The position numbers and the translations under genes were made by a program. Shown here piece by piece: positions 39,070-50,852 of a stretch of 64,000 nt of DNA. Location of the stretch: assembly GCA_041687695.1 (NCBI GenBank), contig JAWLBL010000010.1, positions 66,676-130,675 on the forward strand, written 5' to 3'. Source of the stretch: Myxococcota bacterium. Lineage in GTDB: Bacteria > Myxococcota_A > UBA9042 > PHBI01 > JAWLBL01. A model generated the notes under the pieces. That model worked only from the letters and a program-made list of their open reading frames with translations. It was not told where the DNA came from and searched no databases. Numbering within the stretch: position 1 is the first letter of the stretch; every line of letters starts with the position of its first letter.

Positions 39070-40299
39070 TCAGCCCAGCGACACCTGCTCGACCTGCCGC
39101 ACGGTCGCCAACCGCCGCAGGGCGTCGAGCAGCGCCGGGTCCGCGACCGCCGACAGCCTCAGGCGCGTGCACGCCGCGCGGCCGCCCGAGAAGACGACGT
39201 TGCTGATGTCGAGGACGTTGATCCGGCCCTCGCGCAGGCGCTCGAGCAACGCCGCCAGCGAGCCCACCTCGTTGGCGTGGTGCACGATGAGCATCGCGGG
39301 CGCGTCGGGCTCGGTCTCGAGGTTGACGGCGCTGGTCAAGCGGTCCTCGAGCAGGAACTCCTGCACGACGCGCACCACCTGCGCGGCCGCGGCCGTGGCG
39401 GCCTGGCGCGTGCGGCTCGCCAGGTGGGGGGTCGCGATGACGCCCGACCCGCCCTCGAGCGGAAGGCGCAGGGTCCCCTCGCCGCCGCCGGCCTCGGCGA
39501 AGACGTCGAAGCCGACCCGCAGCGCGCCGGCCTCGAGCCGGGCGCGCACGGCGTCGTGGTCGACCAGGCCCGGCGCGGCCGTGTTGATGACGATGGCGTC
39601 GGCGTCGAGCAAGGCGAGCAGCTCGGCGGTGACGACGACCCCCGAGGCGGGCTCGTCCGGGTGCAGCGACACGATGTCCGAGTGGCGGAAGAGATCCGGC
39701 AGGTCGGCCGCGTGGTAGACGCCGGCCTCGGCGGCGAGCGAGGTCGTCAGCCGGTCCGAGGCGACGGCGACCCGCATGCCGAGCGCCCGCGCGGCCTCCA
39801 TCAGCTCGGCGGCGCCGGCCCCGAAGCCGACGAGGCCCAGGCTGCGCCCGCGCAGGCCAGCCCCCAGCGCCGTCGGCGCGTCGCCGGCCTTGCCGTCGCG
39901 CACCGCGGCGTGGGCACCCACGAGATCGCGGTCGAGCGCGATCATCATGCCCAGCGCCAGCTCCGCGCGCGCCGCGGCGTCGAAGCCGGGGCAGTGCGCG
40001 ACGAAGACGCCGCGCTCGCTGGCGGCCGGCACGTCGATGGTGTCCACCCCGTGGCCCGCCCGCACGACGAGGCTCAGGACGGGGGCCGCCTCGATGGCGC
40101 GGCGCGACACACGCGTGTCGCCCACGACGAGGACGTTGACGCCACACAACGCGCCCGGGAGCGTGTCGGCGTTGAGCTCGGGCGCCTCGGTGACGGCCAG
40201 GCCCATGGCTTGCAAGCTCTCGCGCACCTCGACGGGCATCGCGTCGGCGATGAGGACGTTCAAGACCAGCTCCTCTTGGACTGTCGACGCGCTGGGCAC
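39070..40299 (-). CDS. SerA-like D-2-hydroxyacid dehydrogenase with ACT domain and degenerate active site
   Basis: 'RAGHGVDTID', 'GLVGFG', 'INTAAP', 'DVF', 'TPHL', C-terminal ACT-like domain. Confidence 0.8.
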   Translation of the reverse strand: MPSASTVQEELVLNVLIADAMPVEVRESLQAMGLAVTEAPELNADTLPGALCGVNVLVVGDTRVSRRAIEAAPVLSLVVRAGHGVDTIDVPAASERGVFVAHCPGFDAAARAELALGMMIALDRDLVGAHAAVRDGKAGDAPTALGAGLRGRSLGLVGFGAGAAELMEAARALGMRVAVASDRLTTSLAAEAGVYHAADLPDLFRHSDIVSLHPDEPASGVVVTAELLALLDADAIVINTAAPGLVDHDAVRARLEAGALRVGFDVFAEAGGGEGTLRLPLEGGSGVIATPHLASRTRQAATAAAAQVVRVVQEFLLEDRLTSAVNLETEPDAPAMLIVHHANEVGSLAALLERLREGRINVLDISNVVFSGGRAACTRLRLSAVADPALLDALRRLATVRQVEQVSLG

Positions 40300-40434
40300 C
40301 GCGCGATGGCGCGGCGTGCCCTGGCCGAGGTACCCCCACCCCGGTGTCGCGCCGAATCCGGCGTCATCCTAGCACCACGACGCGTGTCGGGGCACGTCGA
40401 CGGGCTCCGAGGCCGCCGCGCGGCGGCCCGGACC

Positions 40435-41268
40435 TCAGGGCGTCACGCCCCGCAACGCGTGGCAGAGCGCCTCGTGGCGGGTGCCGTTCGAGGCGACGAA
40501 GGGACCCTCGTGCTCGTAGCCAGGGCACGCGACGTCGAAGGTCAGCGGCCGTCCGTCGAGCAGCGTCATGTGGCCGCCGGCCGCCTCGAGCACGACGAGG
40601 GGCGCGCAGCTGTCCCAGTAGTGGACCGGGTGCACGCTGTAGTAGACGTCGGCCTCGCGGCGCACGATCTTGCCGATCTTGAAGCCGACCGAGCGCACCT
40701 GGCCGCCGTCGGCGACGCCCAGGGTGGTGACGAGGCGCTGACGCGCGGGCTCGGCGATGCGAGACGAGGTCACGAGCGGCATCTCGGCGGGCGCGTCGCG
40801 GCGCGAGACCTTGAGCTGCCGGATGGTGCCGCCGCCGCCCGCCGCGAGGAAGGCGCCGACCCCCGCGATGGCGTGGTAGAGCCGCTGCGTGTCGGGCTCG
40901 TAGACGACGCCGAGCACGGGGCGGTCGCCGTCGACCAGCGCGACGTGGACCGCGTAGTCGCCCGAGCCCTGGACGAAGCCCTCGGTGCCGTCGAGCGGGT
41001 CGACGATCCAGGTGCGGCCGCTGCGCGAGCCGGCGAAGGCGCCCGACTCCTCGGTGAGCACGCCGTCGTCGGGGAAGGCTGCCTGCAGCCCCTCGCGGAT
41101 GATGCGGTCGGACTCGAGGTCGGCCCGGGTGACCGGCGAGGCGTCGGACTTCACGCCTTCGACGAAGCCTTCGCGGCGGATGCGCTCGATGGCCTCGCCG
41201 GCGCGCTGGGCCAAATCCATCGCGACCCTCAGCGGGGCGTCCCAGGTGGCGGCGACGTCGTGGATCAT
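40435..41268 (-). CDS. cysQ: CysQ / inositol monophosphatase family phosphatase
   Basis: 'KSDASPVTRAD', 'LTEE', 'WIVDPLDGT', 'WD...EAAGG'. Confidence 0.8.
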   Translation of the reverse strand: MIHDVAATWDAPLRVAMDLAQRAGEAIERIRREGFVEGVKSDASPVTRADLESDRIIREGLQAAFPDDGVLTEESGAFAGSRSGRTWIVDPLDGTEGFVQGSGDYAVHVALVDGDRPVLGVVYEPDTQRLYHAIAGVGAFLAAGGGGTIRQLKVSRRDAPAEMPLVTSSRIAEPARQRLVTTLGVADGGQVRSVGFKIGKIVRREADVYYSVHPVHYWDSCAPLVVLEAAGGHMTLLDGRPLTFDVACPGYEHEGPFVASNGTRHEALCHALRGVTP

Positions 41269-41361
41269 GGGGAGGGCTCACATGCGCGCGCCGCCTTCGG
41301 GCCCCTCGTGATGAGAGGCCGTTGGCGGCGCGGAAGTTGGGGGCGGTAGAGGGCTGAGGTG

Positions 41362-41907
41362 CTACTGACCCTGCACCGGGGCGTCGGTCGCCGGCGCCGT
41401 CGTCGCGGGCGGCTGCGCCGTCGTGCCCTGCGGCGCGACCGCGCCGTCGGCGGGCGTCTCGCCGTGGCTGCCCGACAGGAAGCGCTCACGCGCCTCGAGC
41501 ATCTCCGGCGTCGCCCGGATGCGCTCCTCCTGCAGCACGTCGTTGGCCCACTGGCCCTGCATGAGGTCGCGCGTCGTGAGATCGGCGAACGTCAGGGCGA
41601 AGAAGATGGCGACGAACAGGATGGTCCCGAGGAACACGAAGGAGTGGAAGCGATCGTCCCACTTGAGATGCATGAAGTAGCCGATGACGAGGGCCGCCTT
41701 GACGACGGCGACCATCATGGCCGGGTAGATGCCGTAGGGGCCCATGTCCATGAAGGACACGAGCACCGTCAGCACGGTCAGGAACATCAGGGCGCCGAAG
41801 ATCCCGAGGTAGGTCTTGAGCGGCGTGACGTGGGCGTGCGCGTCCGGCGTCGGGACCGGCTCGCCGTGGATGTAGGTCTTCGAGGTCGTGCTCGTCGTGC
41901 TGGCCAT
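41362..41907 (-). CDS. ctaF: Cytochrome c oxidase subunit IV (caa3-type)
   Basis: 'YLGIFGALMFLTVLTV', 'KAALVIGYFMHLKWD'. Confidence 0.85.
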   Translation of the reverse strand: MASTTSTTSKTYIHGEPVPTPDAHAHVTPLKTYLGIFGALMFLTVLTVLVSFMDMGPYGIYPAMMVAVVKAALVIGYFMHLKWDDRFHSFVFLGTILFVAIFFALTFADLTTRDLMQGQWANDVLQEERIRATPEMLEARERFLSGSHGETPADGAVAPQGTTAQPPATTAPATDAPVQGQ

Positions 41908-41915
41908 CGGTTCGC

Positions 41916-42575
41916 TCACTTCACGAGGTAGAGCAGCGGGAAGAGGAAGATCCACACGAGGTCGACGAGGTGCCAGTACAGGCCCGTGTTCTCGACCGCC
42001 GTGTAGTTGTCGGGACCGAACTCGTCGCGGCCGGCGCGGATGTACATCCAGGCGATGACCCCGATGCCGATGAGGACGTGCACGCCGTGCAGGCCCGTCA
42101 TCGTGAAGTAAAGGCCGAAGAACATCTGGGGGCCGCCCAGGAACTGGTCGGAGGCCTCCATGTAGTAGCGGCCCGGGAAGATGCCGTGGGCGAACTTGCC
42201 GGTGTACTCGAAGTACTTCACCACCATGAAGATGAGGGCGCAGACGATGGTGATGAGCAGCTGCGTCTTGAGCTGCTTCTTGTCACCGAGCTGCGCGGCG
42301 CGGACCGCGAGCGCCATCGTCAGGCTGGAGGTGATGAGGACCACGGTGTTGAAGGCGCCGAGGCGCCAGTCGAGCAGCTCGTGGGCCTTGAGCAGCATGT
42401 CCGGGTACATGTAGCGCAGGAACGCGTACCCCAGGAACAGGCCGCTGAACATCAGGATCTCGGTGCCCAGGAACACCCACATGCCCAGCTTCGCCGACGC
42501 GACCTGCTGGTCCATCGTGTCGAAGTGGTGCGCGAGGTGTTTCGGGTGGTCGTCGTGCGCGTGAGCGTGCGCCAT
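41916..42575 (-). CDS. ctaE: Cytochrome c oxidase subunit III
   Basis: 'GMWVFLGTEILMF', 'TGLHGVHV', 'GLYWHLVDLVWIFLFPLLY'. Confidence 0.95.
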   Translation of the reverse strand: MAHAHAHDDHPKHLAHHFDTMDQQVASAKLGMWVFLGTEILMFSGLFLGYAFLRYMYPDMLLKAHELLDWRLGAFNTVVLITSSLTMALAVRAAQLGDKKQLKTQLLITIVCALIFMVVKYFEYTGKFAHGIFPGRYYMEASDQFLGGPQMFFGLYFTMTGLHGVHVLIGIGVIAWMYIRAGRDEFGPDNYTAVENTGLYWHLVDLVWIFLFPLLYLVK

Positions 42576-42649
42576 CTCGGCGTCTCCCCTCGTGAGGTCG
42601 GGCTACTGGGCCCGCGGCGGCCAGGGTGACCGCCGCGGTACAAAGCGTC

Positions 42650-44341
<1,692 letters not shown>

Positions 44342-44416
44342 CCTTCACCTGCGGGGTTGGAGCGGTGATCGCTTCGGGGTGCGGGGCCGGGAGCCCGTCG
44401 GCGCCTCGGGGCTGGG

Positions 44417-45430
44417 TCAGGGGTTCGCCGGCGCTGCGTCGCCGCCGAGCTGCTTGATGTAGTCGATGATGCCGTTGAGCTCCTGGTCGGTCAGGCGCCC
44501 CTGGAAGGTCGGCATGGCCGGCGCGAAGCCCTGGACGATGCTGGCGTTCGGGTCGAGGATGGCCTCGCGCAGGTAGTTGTCGTCGACGGTCACCTGCGAG
44601 CCGTCCTGCATCGTCTCCGGCTTGCCGTAGATGCCGTTGAGCGGCGGGCCGACCAGGCGCACGCCCTCGACCGAGTGGCAGGCGTTGCAGCCGTACTTGA
44701 CGAAGAGCTTCTCGCCGTAGTCGGCGGCGGTGGGATCGAGCCCGGCGCAGTCGTCGGAGGCGACCCAGGCCTTCCAGGCCTCGGCGTCGAGCACCTGCAC
44801 CCGGCCGGTCATCACCGAGTGGTCGGTGCCGCAGTACTCGGCGCAGTAGAGCGGGAAGTCCCCCGTCTGCGTCGCCTCGAACCAGTAGCCCGTGTACTTG
44901 TTCGGCAGCGCGTCACGCTTGAGGCGGAACGCGGGGATCCAGAACGAGTGCAGCACGTCCACCGACGAGATGGTCAGCTTGACCGGCTCGCCCAGCGGCA
45001 CGACCAGCTTGTTCTGGCACTCCTTGCCGAGGCTCGGGTAGCCGATGGACCACGACCACTTCTGGCCCGTGACGCGCACGTCCAGCGCCGAGTCGGGCAC
45101 CGCGTTCATGAGAATGAAGTCGCGCTGGCCCCAGGCGAAGATGACCAGGAGCAGCACGGTCGGGATGGCGCTCCACAGGAACTCGAGCTTGAAGCTGTGC
45201 TTGAGGGGGCTCGTCTTCTGCTCGACGTGCGTCCGGCGGTACTTGACGGCGAAATAGACCATCAAGGCCATCAAGCCGACGAAGAACACGATGCTCAGGA
45301 TGAGGATGAAGTCGAAGAGGCCATCGACGCCTTCGGCGAAGGTCGAGGCCTTGGGCGGCATCCAGAAGCCGCCCTGGGCCTCGGCGAGCACCAGCCCGCC
45401 GCCGAGCTTTCCGAGGAGAGAGAGGGTCAT
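44417..45430 (-). CDS. ctaC: Cytochrome c oxidase subunit II with fused c-type heme domain
   Basis: CuA motifs 'DVLHSF' and 'CAEYCGTDHSVM'; heme motif 'CNACH'. Confidence 0.95.
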   Translation of the reverse strand: MTLSLLGKLGGGLVLAEAQGGFWMPPKASTFAEGVDGLFDFILILSIVFFVGLMALMVYFAVKYRRTHVEQKTSPLKHSFKLEFLWSAIPTVLLLVIFAWGQRDFILMNAVPDSALDVRVTGQKWSWSIGYPSLGKECQNKLVVPLGEPVKLTISSVDVLHSFWIPAFRLKRDALPNKYTGYWFEATQTGDFPLYCAEYCGTDHSVMTGRVQVLDAEAWKAWVASDDCAGLDPTAADYGEKLFVKYGCNACHSVEGVRLVGPPLNGIYGKPETMQDGSQVTVDDNYLREAILDPNASIVQGFAPAMPTFQGRLTDQELNGIIDYIKQLGGDAAPANP

Positions 45431-46269
45431 GGAGTAGGCTCCGCGTACGCTTGGGGCCGGCGCCGGTCGCGGCGCCAGTGGTGGACCAGGAAGAGGGCGA
45501 GGACGAAGACCGTGAACAGCCCGCCGAGGCGCATGACGCCCCAGGCGAACGGCGTGTACTTGCCGTCGGACGACATGTACTGGAAGCAGCTCGAGAGCAC
45601 CTTGTCGAACGTCGACCCCACGGCGCCGTTCGACGCGTCCATGAGGGCGAACTTGATGTCCTGCGGCGGGGGCTGCAGCGTGAAGAGATAGCGGCTGATG
45701 GTGCCGTCGGGCGTCAGGACGAAGATGACCGGCGCGTGCGCGTACTGGTCGGTGCCCTCGTCGTAGCTGTACTCGAAGCCGACCTGGGCGGCGAGCGCCT
45801 CGGAGGCCTCGGCCGAGCCGACGAGGAACGGCCAGTCCGCCTGGGGCGCGCCGAGGGATGCCAGGTAGCTCGCGCGCTTGTCGGCGGCGAGATCGTGACC
45901 CTCGCGGGGATCGATGCTGACCGTCACGAGGCGGAAGGCCTCGCGCCCGGGCACCCAGTCGATGGCCTGCAGCGCCTCGACGACCTTGTTGAGCTGGACG
46001 CTGCACAGGGTGCGGCAGCGGTAGTAGTTGAGGGTGAGCAGGACCGGGCGCTCGCCGTCGAAGTACTCGCCGAGGCGGACGGCGCGGCCGGTGTGGTCGG
46101 TGAACGCGAGATCGAGGTCGACCTTGCCACCCAGGCGGTTCTGGACGTCGATGCCCTCGAGCTCACGCGGGAGCTTGGTCGTCACCTGGGCGGCCGCGGG
46201 GGCGGCGCCGAGCAGGGCGACGGCGAGGAACGACGTCAGCTGGGTGGCGAGGGCGAGGCGCACGATCAC
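45427..46269 (-). CDS. SCO/SenC family protein
   Basis: 'YYRCRTLC', 'VSIDP', 'QYAH', C-terminal membrane anchor. Confidence 0.88.
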   Translation of the reverse strand: MIVRLALATQLTSFLAVALLGAAPAAAQVTTKLPRELEGIDVQNRLGGKVDLDLAFTDHTGRAVRLGEYFDGERPVLLTLNYYRCRTLCSVQLNKVVEALQAIDWVPGREAFRLVTVSIDPREGHDLAADKRASYLASLGAPQADWPFLVGSAEASEALAAQVGFEYSYDEGTDQYAHAPVIFVLTPDGTISRYLFTLQPPPQDIKFALMDASNGAVGSTFDKVLSSCFQYMSSDGKYTPFAWGVMRLGGLFTVFVLALFLVHHWRRDRRRPQAYAEPTP

Positions 46270-46880
46270 TCGCCTCCGGGGGCGGCGGGGGCCGGGGCGT
46301 CGGGGGCGGCCGGCGCGGCCGGCGCGTCGGGGGCCGGGGCCGGCGGCGGCGCGGGCTGACCGTCGGGCTGAATGGGCGCGGCCGGGCCGCCGGGCTGCGA
46401 GGGCTCGGGCTGCGGCTGCTGACCCGGGGCCGGCTGAGCGCCGGGGGCCGGCTGAGCGCCGGGGGCGCCCTGATCGTCGGGGTGGACGAAGCCGGGCGGC
46501 GGGGTGCCGGCGCGCAGCAGCTCGGGGCGCTGCAGGACCATGTCCCGGGCCTGGTCGACCGGAACGCGGTAGCCACCGCGGGTCACGCCCTCGGCCGGCT
46601 CGATGCGCTCGTAGGTCGTCAGCTGCTGCTGGACGGCCTCGCGGTGCTGGACGAGCAGGCTGGACACCCGGACGTGCTGCTGGGCGAGCAGGGTCCGGCT
46701 CTCCTGCTGAACCAGCTGCATCACGGCGAATCCGGAGCCGAGGATGACCGCCGACAGCACCACCAGCTGCAGGAACAGCTTGCGGTTGGGCGGCGTGTCG
46801 AGCTCGTGCCCGCCGTCGGTGTACTTCGAGACGATCGGGGTCGACACTTGCGCGTCGGGAGGGTGCAAGGGATCGGACAT
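46266..46880 (-). CDS. Small membrane subunit associated with alternative complex III (ActG-like) with Pro/Ala/Gln tail
   Basis: One transmembrane segment, 'YRVPVDQA' motif, position between actF and sco. Confidence 0.6.
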   Translation of the reverse strand: MSDPLHPPDAQVSTPIVSKYTDGGHELDTPPNRKLFLQLVVLSAVILGSGFAVMQLVQQESRTLLAQQHVRVSSLLVQHREAVQQQLTTYERIEPAEGVTRGGYRVPVDQARDMVLQRPELLRAGTPPPGFVHPDDQGAPGAQPAPGAQPAPGQQPQPEPSQPGGPAAPIQPDGQPAPPPAPAPDAPAAPAAPDAPAPAAPGGE

Positions 46881-46890
46881 CTCGAGGCTC

Positions 46891-48128
<1,238 letters not shown>

Positions 48129-48132
<4 letters not shown>

Positions 48133-48797
48133 CGAGCGCTCCATCCTTTCTGGGTCGCGACTTCGGGCGGGACGTCCGCGAGCGTGGCGTTGTGGCTGGC
48201 CTGCAGGACGCGGATCCAGGCGGCGATGGCCCAGCGGTCCTCGGGGGCCACCTGCGAGGCGTAGGGCATCATCGTGCGGACGCCGTTGGTGATGACGTCG
48301 TAGAAGTGCCCGAGCGGCATCGCGCGCAGCTGGTCCGAGTGGAAGGTCGGCGGCTGGACCTTGAAGCCGCGCTGGATGACGATGCCGTCGCCCAGCCCGG
48401 TCTCGGAGTGGCACGGCGCGCAGTAGATGTTGAACTGTCGCTGGCCGCGCGCGAGCAGCTTGGCGTCGAGCTGCATGCCGGCGGGCAGCGCGTCGGTGAG
48501 GCGGCCGTCGGCGCCGCGGCCGCGGTAGAGGTGGTCGTCGTCGCGCAGGAAGCGGTCGTCGGCGCCGCCGGCGACCGAGCGGGCGACGGTCCCCGCCGGG
48601 GGCTCGCGCATGGCGCGCCCGTCGTCGTAGAAGTCGCTGCGGTCCTGGGCCGTGAACTTCTGCTGGTGGTCCATGTTCGGGTTGAGATGGACCGGGGGCT
48701 CGCTGGACGTGTTCCCACGGCAGCCGCCCACGGTCAGCCCGAGCGTGAGGGCTACGGCGGCCGCGCCAGCGGCCTTGCTGGGGGTTCGGAGTCGCAA
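48129..48797 (-). CDS. actE: Alternative complex III monoheme cytochrome c lipoprotein ActE
   Basis: Lipobox 'VGGC', 'NMDHQ', 'CAPCH', 'MMPYA...DRWAI'; TTG start inferred. Confidence 0.9.
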
Positions 48798-48799
48798 CG

Positions 48800-49333
48800 T
48801 CAGTCCTCCACGACTTCGATGTGGGTCGCGCCGAGGCCCTTGAAGAGCTTCTTGAGCTTCTTCTCGTCGTACTTCGGGTCCGAGGCCTCGATGGCGATGA
48901 AGAACTTGTCGTCCGTCACGCGGGAGAAGCGCTCGGAGTTGAAGACGGAGTGGTAGTACTGCGGCAGGCGGTTGAGGCCGAACATGCCGAACACCGCGCC
49001 GAAGGCGCCGAAGAGGACGCCCAGCTCGAAGGTGACGGGCACGAAGGCCTGCCAGCTGAACAGGGGCTTGCCGCTGATGATGAGCGGCTGGGCCACCGCG
49101 GAGACCCACCACTGGAGCAGCATGCCGAGGCCGGCGCCCGACAGGCCCATCACCAGGACGATCCAGGGCAGGCGCGAGCGCGGCAGGCCCATCGCCTTGT
49201 CGAGCCCGTGGACCGGGAACGGGGTGTAGGAGTCCCAGCGCGTGAAGCCCTCGTCACGGACCTTCTCGCAGGCGTGGTAGACCGCCTGCGCCGTGTCGAA
49301 CTCGGCCATCAGCCCGAAGGGTTTGTCAGCCAT
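48800..49333 (-). CDS. actD: Alternative complex III subunit ActD (DUF3341)
   Basis: '[10 protein letters not shown]', '[17 protein letters not shown]', 'TDDKFF'. Confidence 0.93.
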   Translation of the reverse strand: MADKPFGLMAEFDTAQAVYHACEKVRDEGFTRWDSYTPFPVHGLDKAMGLPRSRLPWIVLVMGLSGAGLGMLLQWWVSAVAQPLIISGKPLFSWQAFVPVTFELGVLFGAFGAVFGMFGLNRLPQYYHSVFNSERFSRVTDDKFFIAIEASDPKYDEKKLKKLFKGLGATHIEVVED

Positions 49334-50849
49334 GGCGCTTGCCCTCGTCGGAGTCGGTGTCGGTCTTGGTGTCGCGAGCGGCCTCTACGCTGGCCTGGGC
49401 GGCCACGGCGTCGGCCTCGGAGCGCTGCATCCAGCCCGGCCCGAGGACGTCGCCCTGGACCTGCTTCTCCATGCCCGGGACGTAGTGCGGGTCGGCCTGC
49501 GGCATCACGGTCTTCACTTCGGCGATGGCCACCATCGGCATGAAGCGGACGAAGAGGCAGAAGAGCGTGAAGAACAGGCCGAAGCTGCCGACGAACGTCA
49601 GGACGTCCCAGATGGTGGGCGTGTAGTAGTCCCAGCTCGAGGGCAGGAAGTCGTGGTGGAGCGACGTCACGGTGATGACGAAGCGCTCGAACCACATGCC
49701 GATGTTGACGAAGATCGAGATGATGAAGAGGAACATCGGGCTGCGGCGCAGCTTCTTGAACCAGAAGAACTGCGGGCTGATGACGTTGCAGCTCACCATG
49801 ATCCAGTAGGCCCAGGCGTAGTCGCCGAACGCGCGGTTCACGAAGGCGAAGCCCTCGTAGGGGTTGCCCGAGTACCAGGCGATGAAGAACTCCATCGCGT
49901 AGGCGTAGCCGACCATCGAGCCCGTGAGCAGGATGACCTTGGCCATGTTCTCGAGGTGCTTGATGGTCACCAGGTGCTCGAGATCGAAGATCTTTCGCGC
50001 CGGGATCATCAGCGTGAGGACCATCGCGAAGCCCGAGAAGATGGCGCCCGCGACGAAGTAGGGCGGGAAGATGGTGGTGTGCCAGCCGGGGACGTTCGAC
50101 ACGGCGAAGTCGAACGACACGATGGTGTGCACGGAGAGGACGAGCGGCGTCGCGAGGGCGGCCAGGATGAGGTAGGCCGTCTCGTAGTGCAGCCAGTGCC
50201 GTGTCGACCCTCGCCAGCCGAGGGCGAAGATGCCGTAGACCATCTTGCGGAGCTTGGTGACCGAGCGGTCGCGCATGGTGGCCAGGTCGGGGATGAGGCC
50301 GACGTACCAGAACAGCAGCGAGACGGTGAAGTAGGTCGAGACCGCGAAGACGTCCCACAGCAGCGGGCTGCGGAAGTTGGGCCACACGTCCATCTGGTTG
50401 GGCAGAGGGAACATGTAATAGGCGACCCAGATGCGGCCGACGTGGATGCCCGGGAAGATGGCGGCCGCGAGCACCGCGAAGATGGTCATCGCCTCGGCGA
50501 ACCGGTTGATGGAGGTTCGCCACTTCTGCCGGAGCAAAAAGAGGATGGCGCTGATGAGCGTGCCCGCGTGGCCGATGCCGACCCAGAACACGAAGTTGAC
50601 GATGGCCCAGCCCCAGGCGACCGGGACGTTCAAGCCCCAGATGCCGGTGCCTTCCCAGATGAGGTAGCCCACCGCGACGCCCAGGATGCCGAGCATCCCG
50701 AGCGAGACCATGAAGGCCATCCACCACTTGCGCCAGTCGGTCCGCTCCATCGGGGCGGCCACGGCGTTGGTGACGTCGCTGAACGAGCCTTCGCCGAGGA
50801 CGAGCGGCGCCCGGCCCGAGACGGGATCGATCTCGTAGTTGGCAGCCAT
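49326..50849 (-). CDS. actC: Alternative complex III quinol-binding NrfD-family subunit ActC
   Basis: '[17 protein letters not shown]', '[11 protein letters not shown]', '[14 protein letters not shown]'. Confidence 0.95.
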   Translation of the reverse strand: MAANYEIDPVSGRAPLVLGEGSFSDVTNAVAAPMERTDWRKWWMAFMVSLGMLGILGVAVGYLIWEGTGIWGLNVPVAWGWAIVNFVFWVGIGHAGTLISAILFLLRQKWRTSINRFAEAMTIFAVLAAAIFPGIHVGRIWVAYYMFPLPNQMDVWPNFRSPLLWDVFAVSTYFTVSLLFWYVGLIPDLATMRDRSVTKLRKMVYGIFALGWRGSTRHWLHYETAYLILAALATPLVLSVHTIVSFDFAVSNVPGWHTTIFPPYFVAGAIFSGFAMVLTLMIPARKIFDLEHLVTIKHLENMAKVILLTGSMVGYAYAMEFFIAWYSGNPYEGFAFVNRAFGDYAWAYWIMVSCNVISPQFFWFKKLRRSPMFLFIISIFVNIGMWFERFVITVTSLHHDFLPSSWDYYTPTIWDVLTFVGSFGLFFTLFCLFVRFMPMVAIAEVKTVMPQADPHYVPGMEKQVQGDVLGPGWMQRSEADAVAAQASVEAARDTKTDTDSDEGKRHG

Positions 50850-50852
50850 GGC

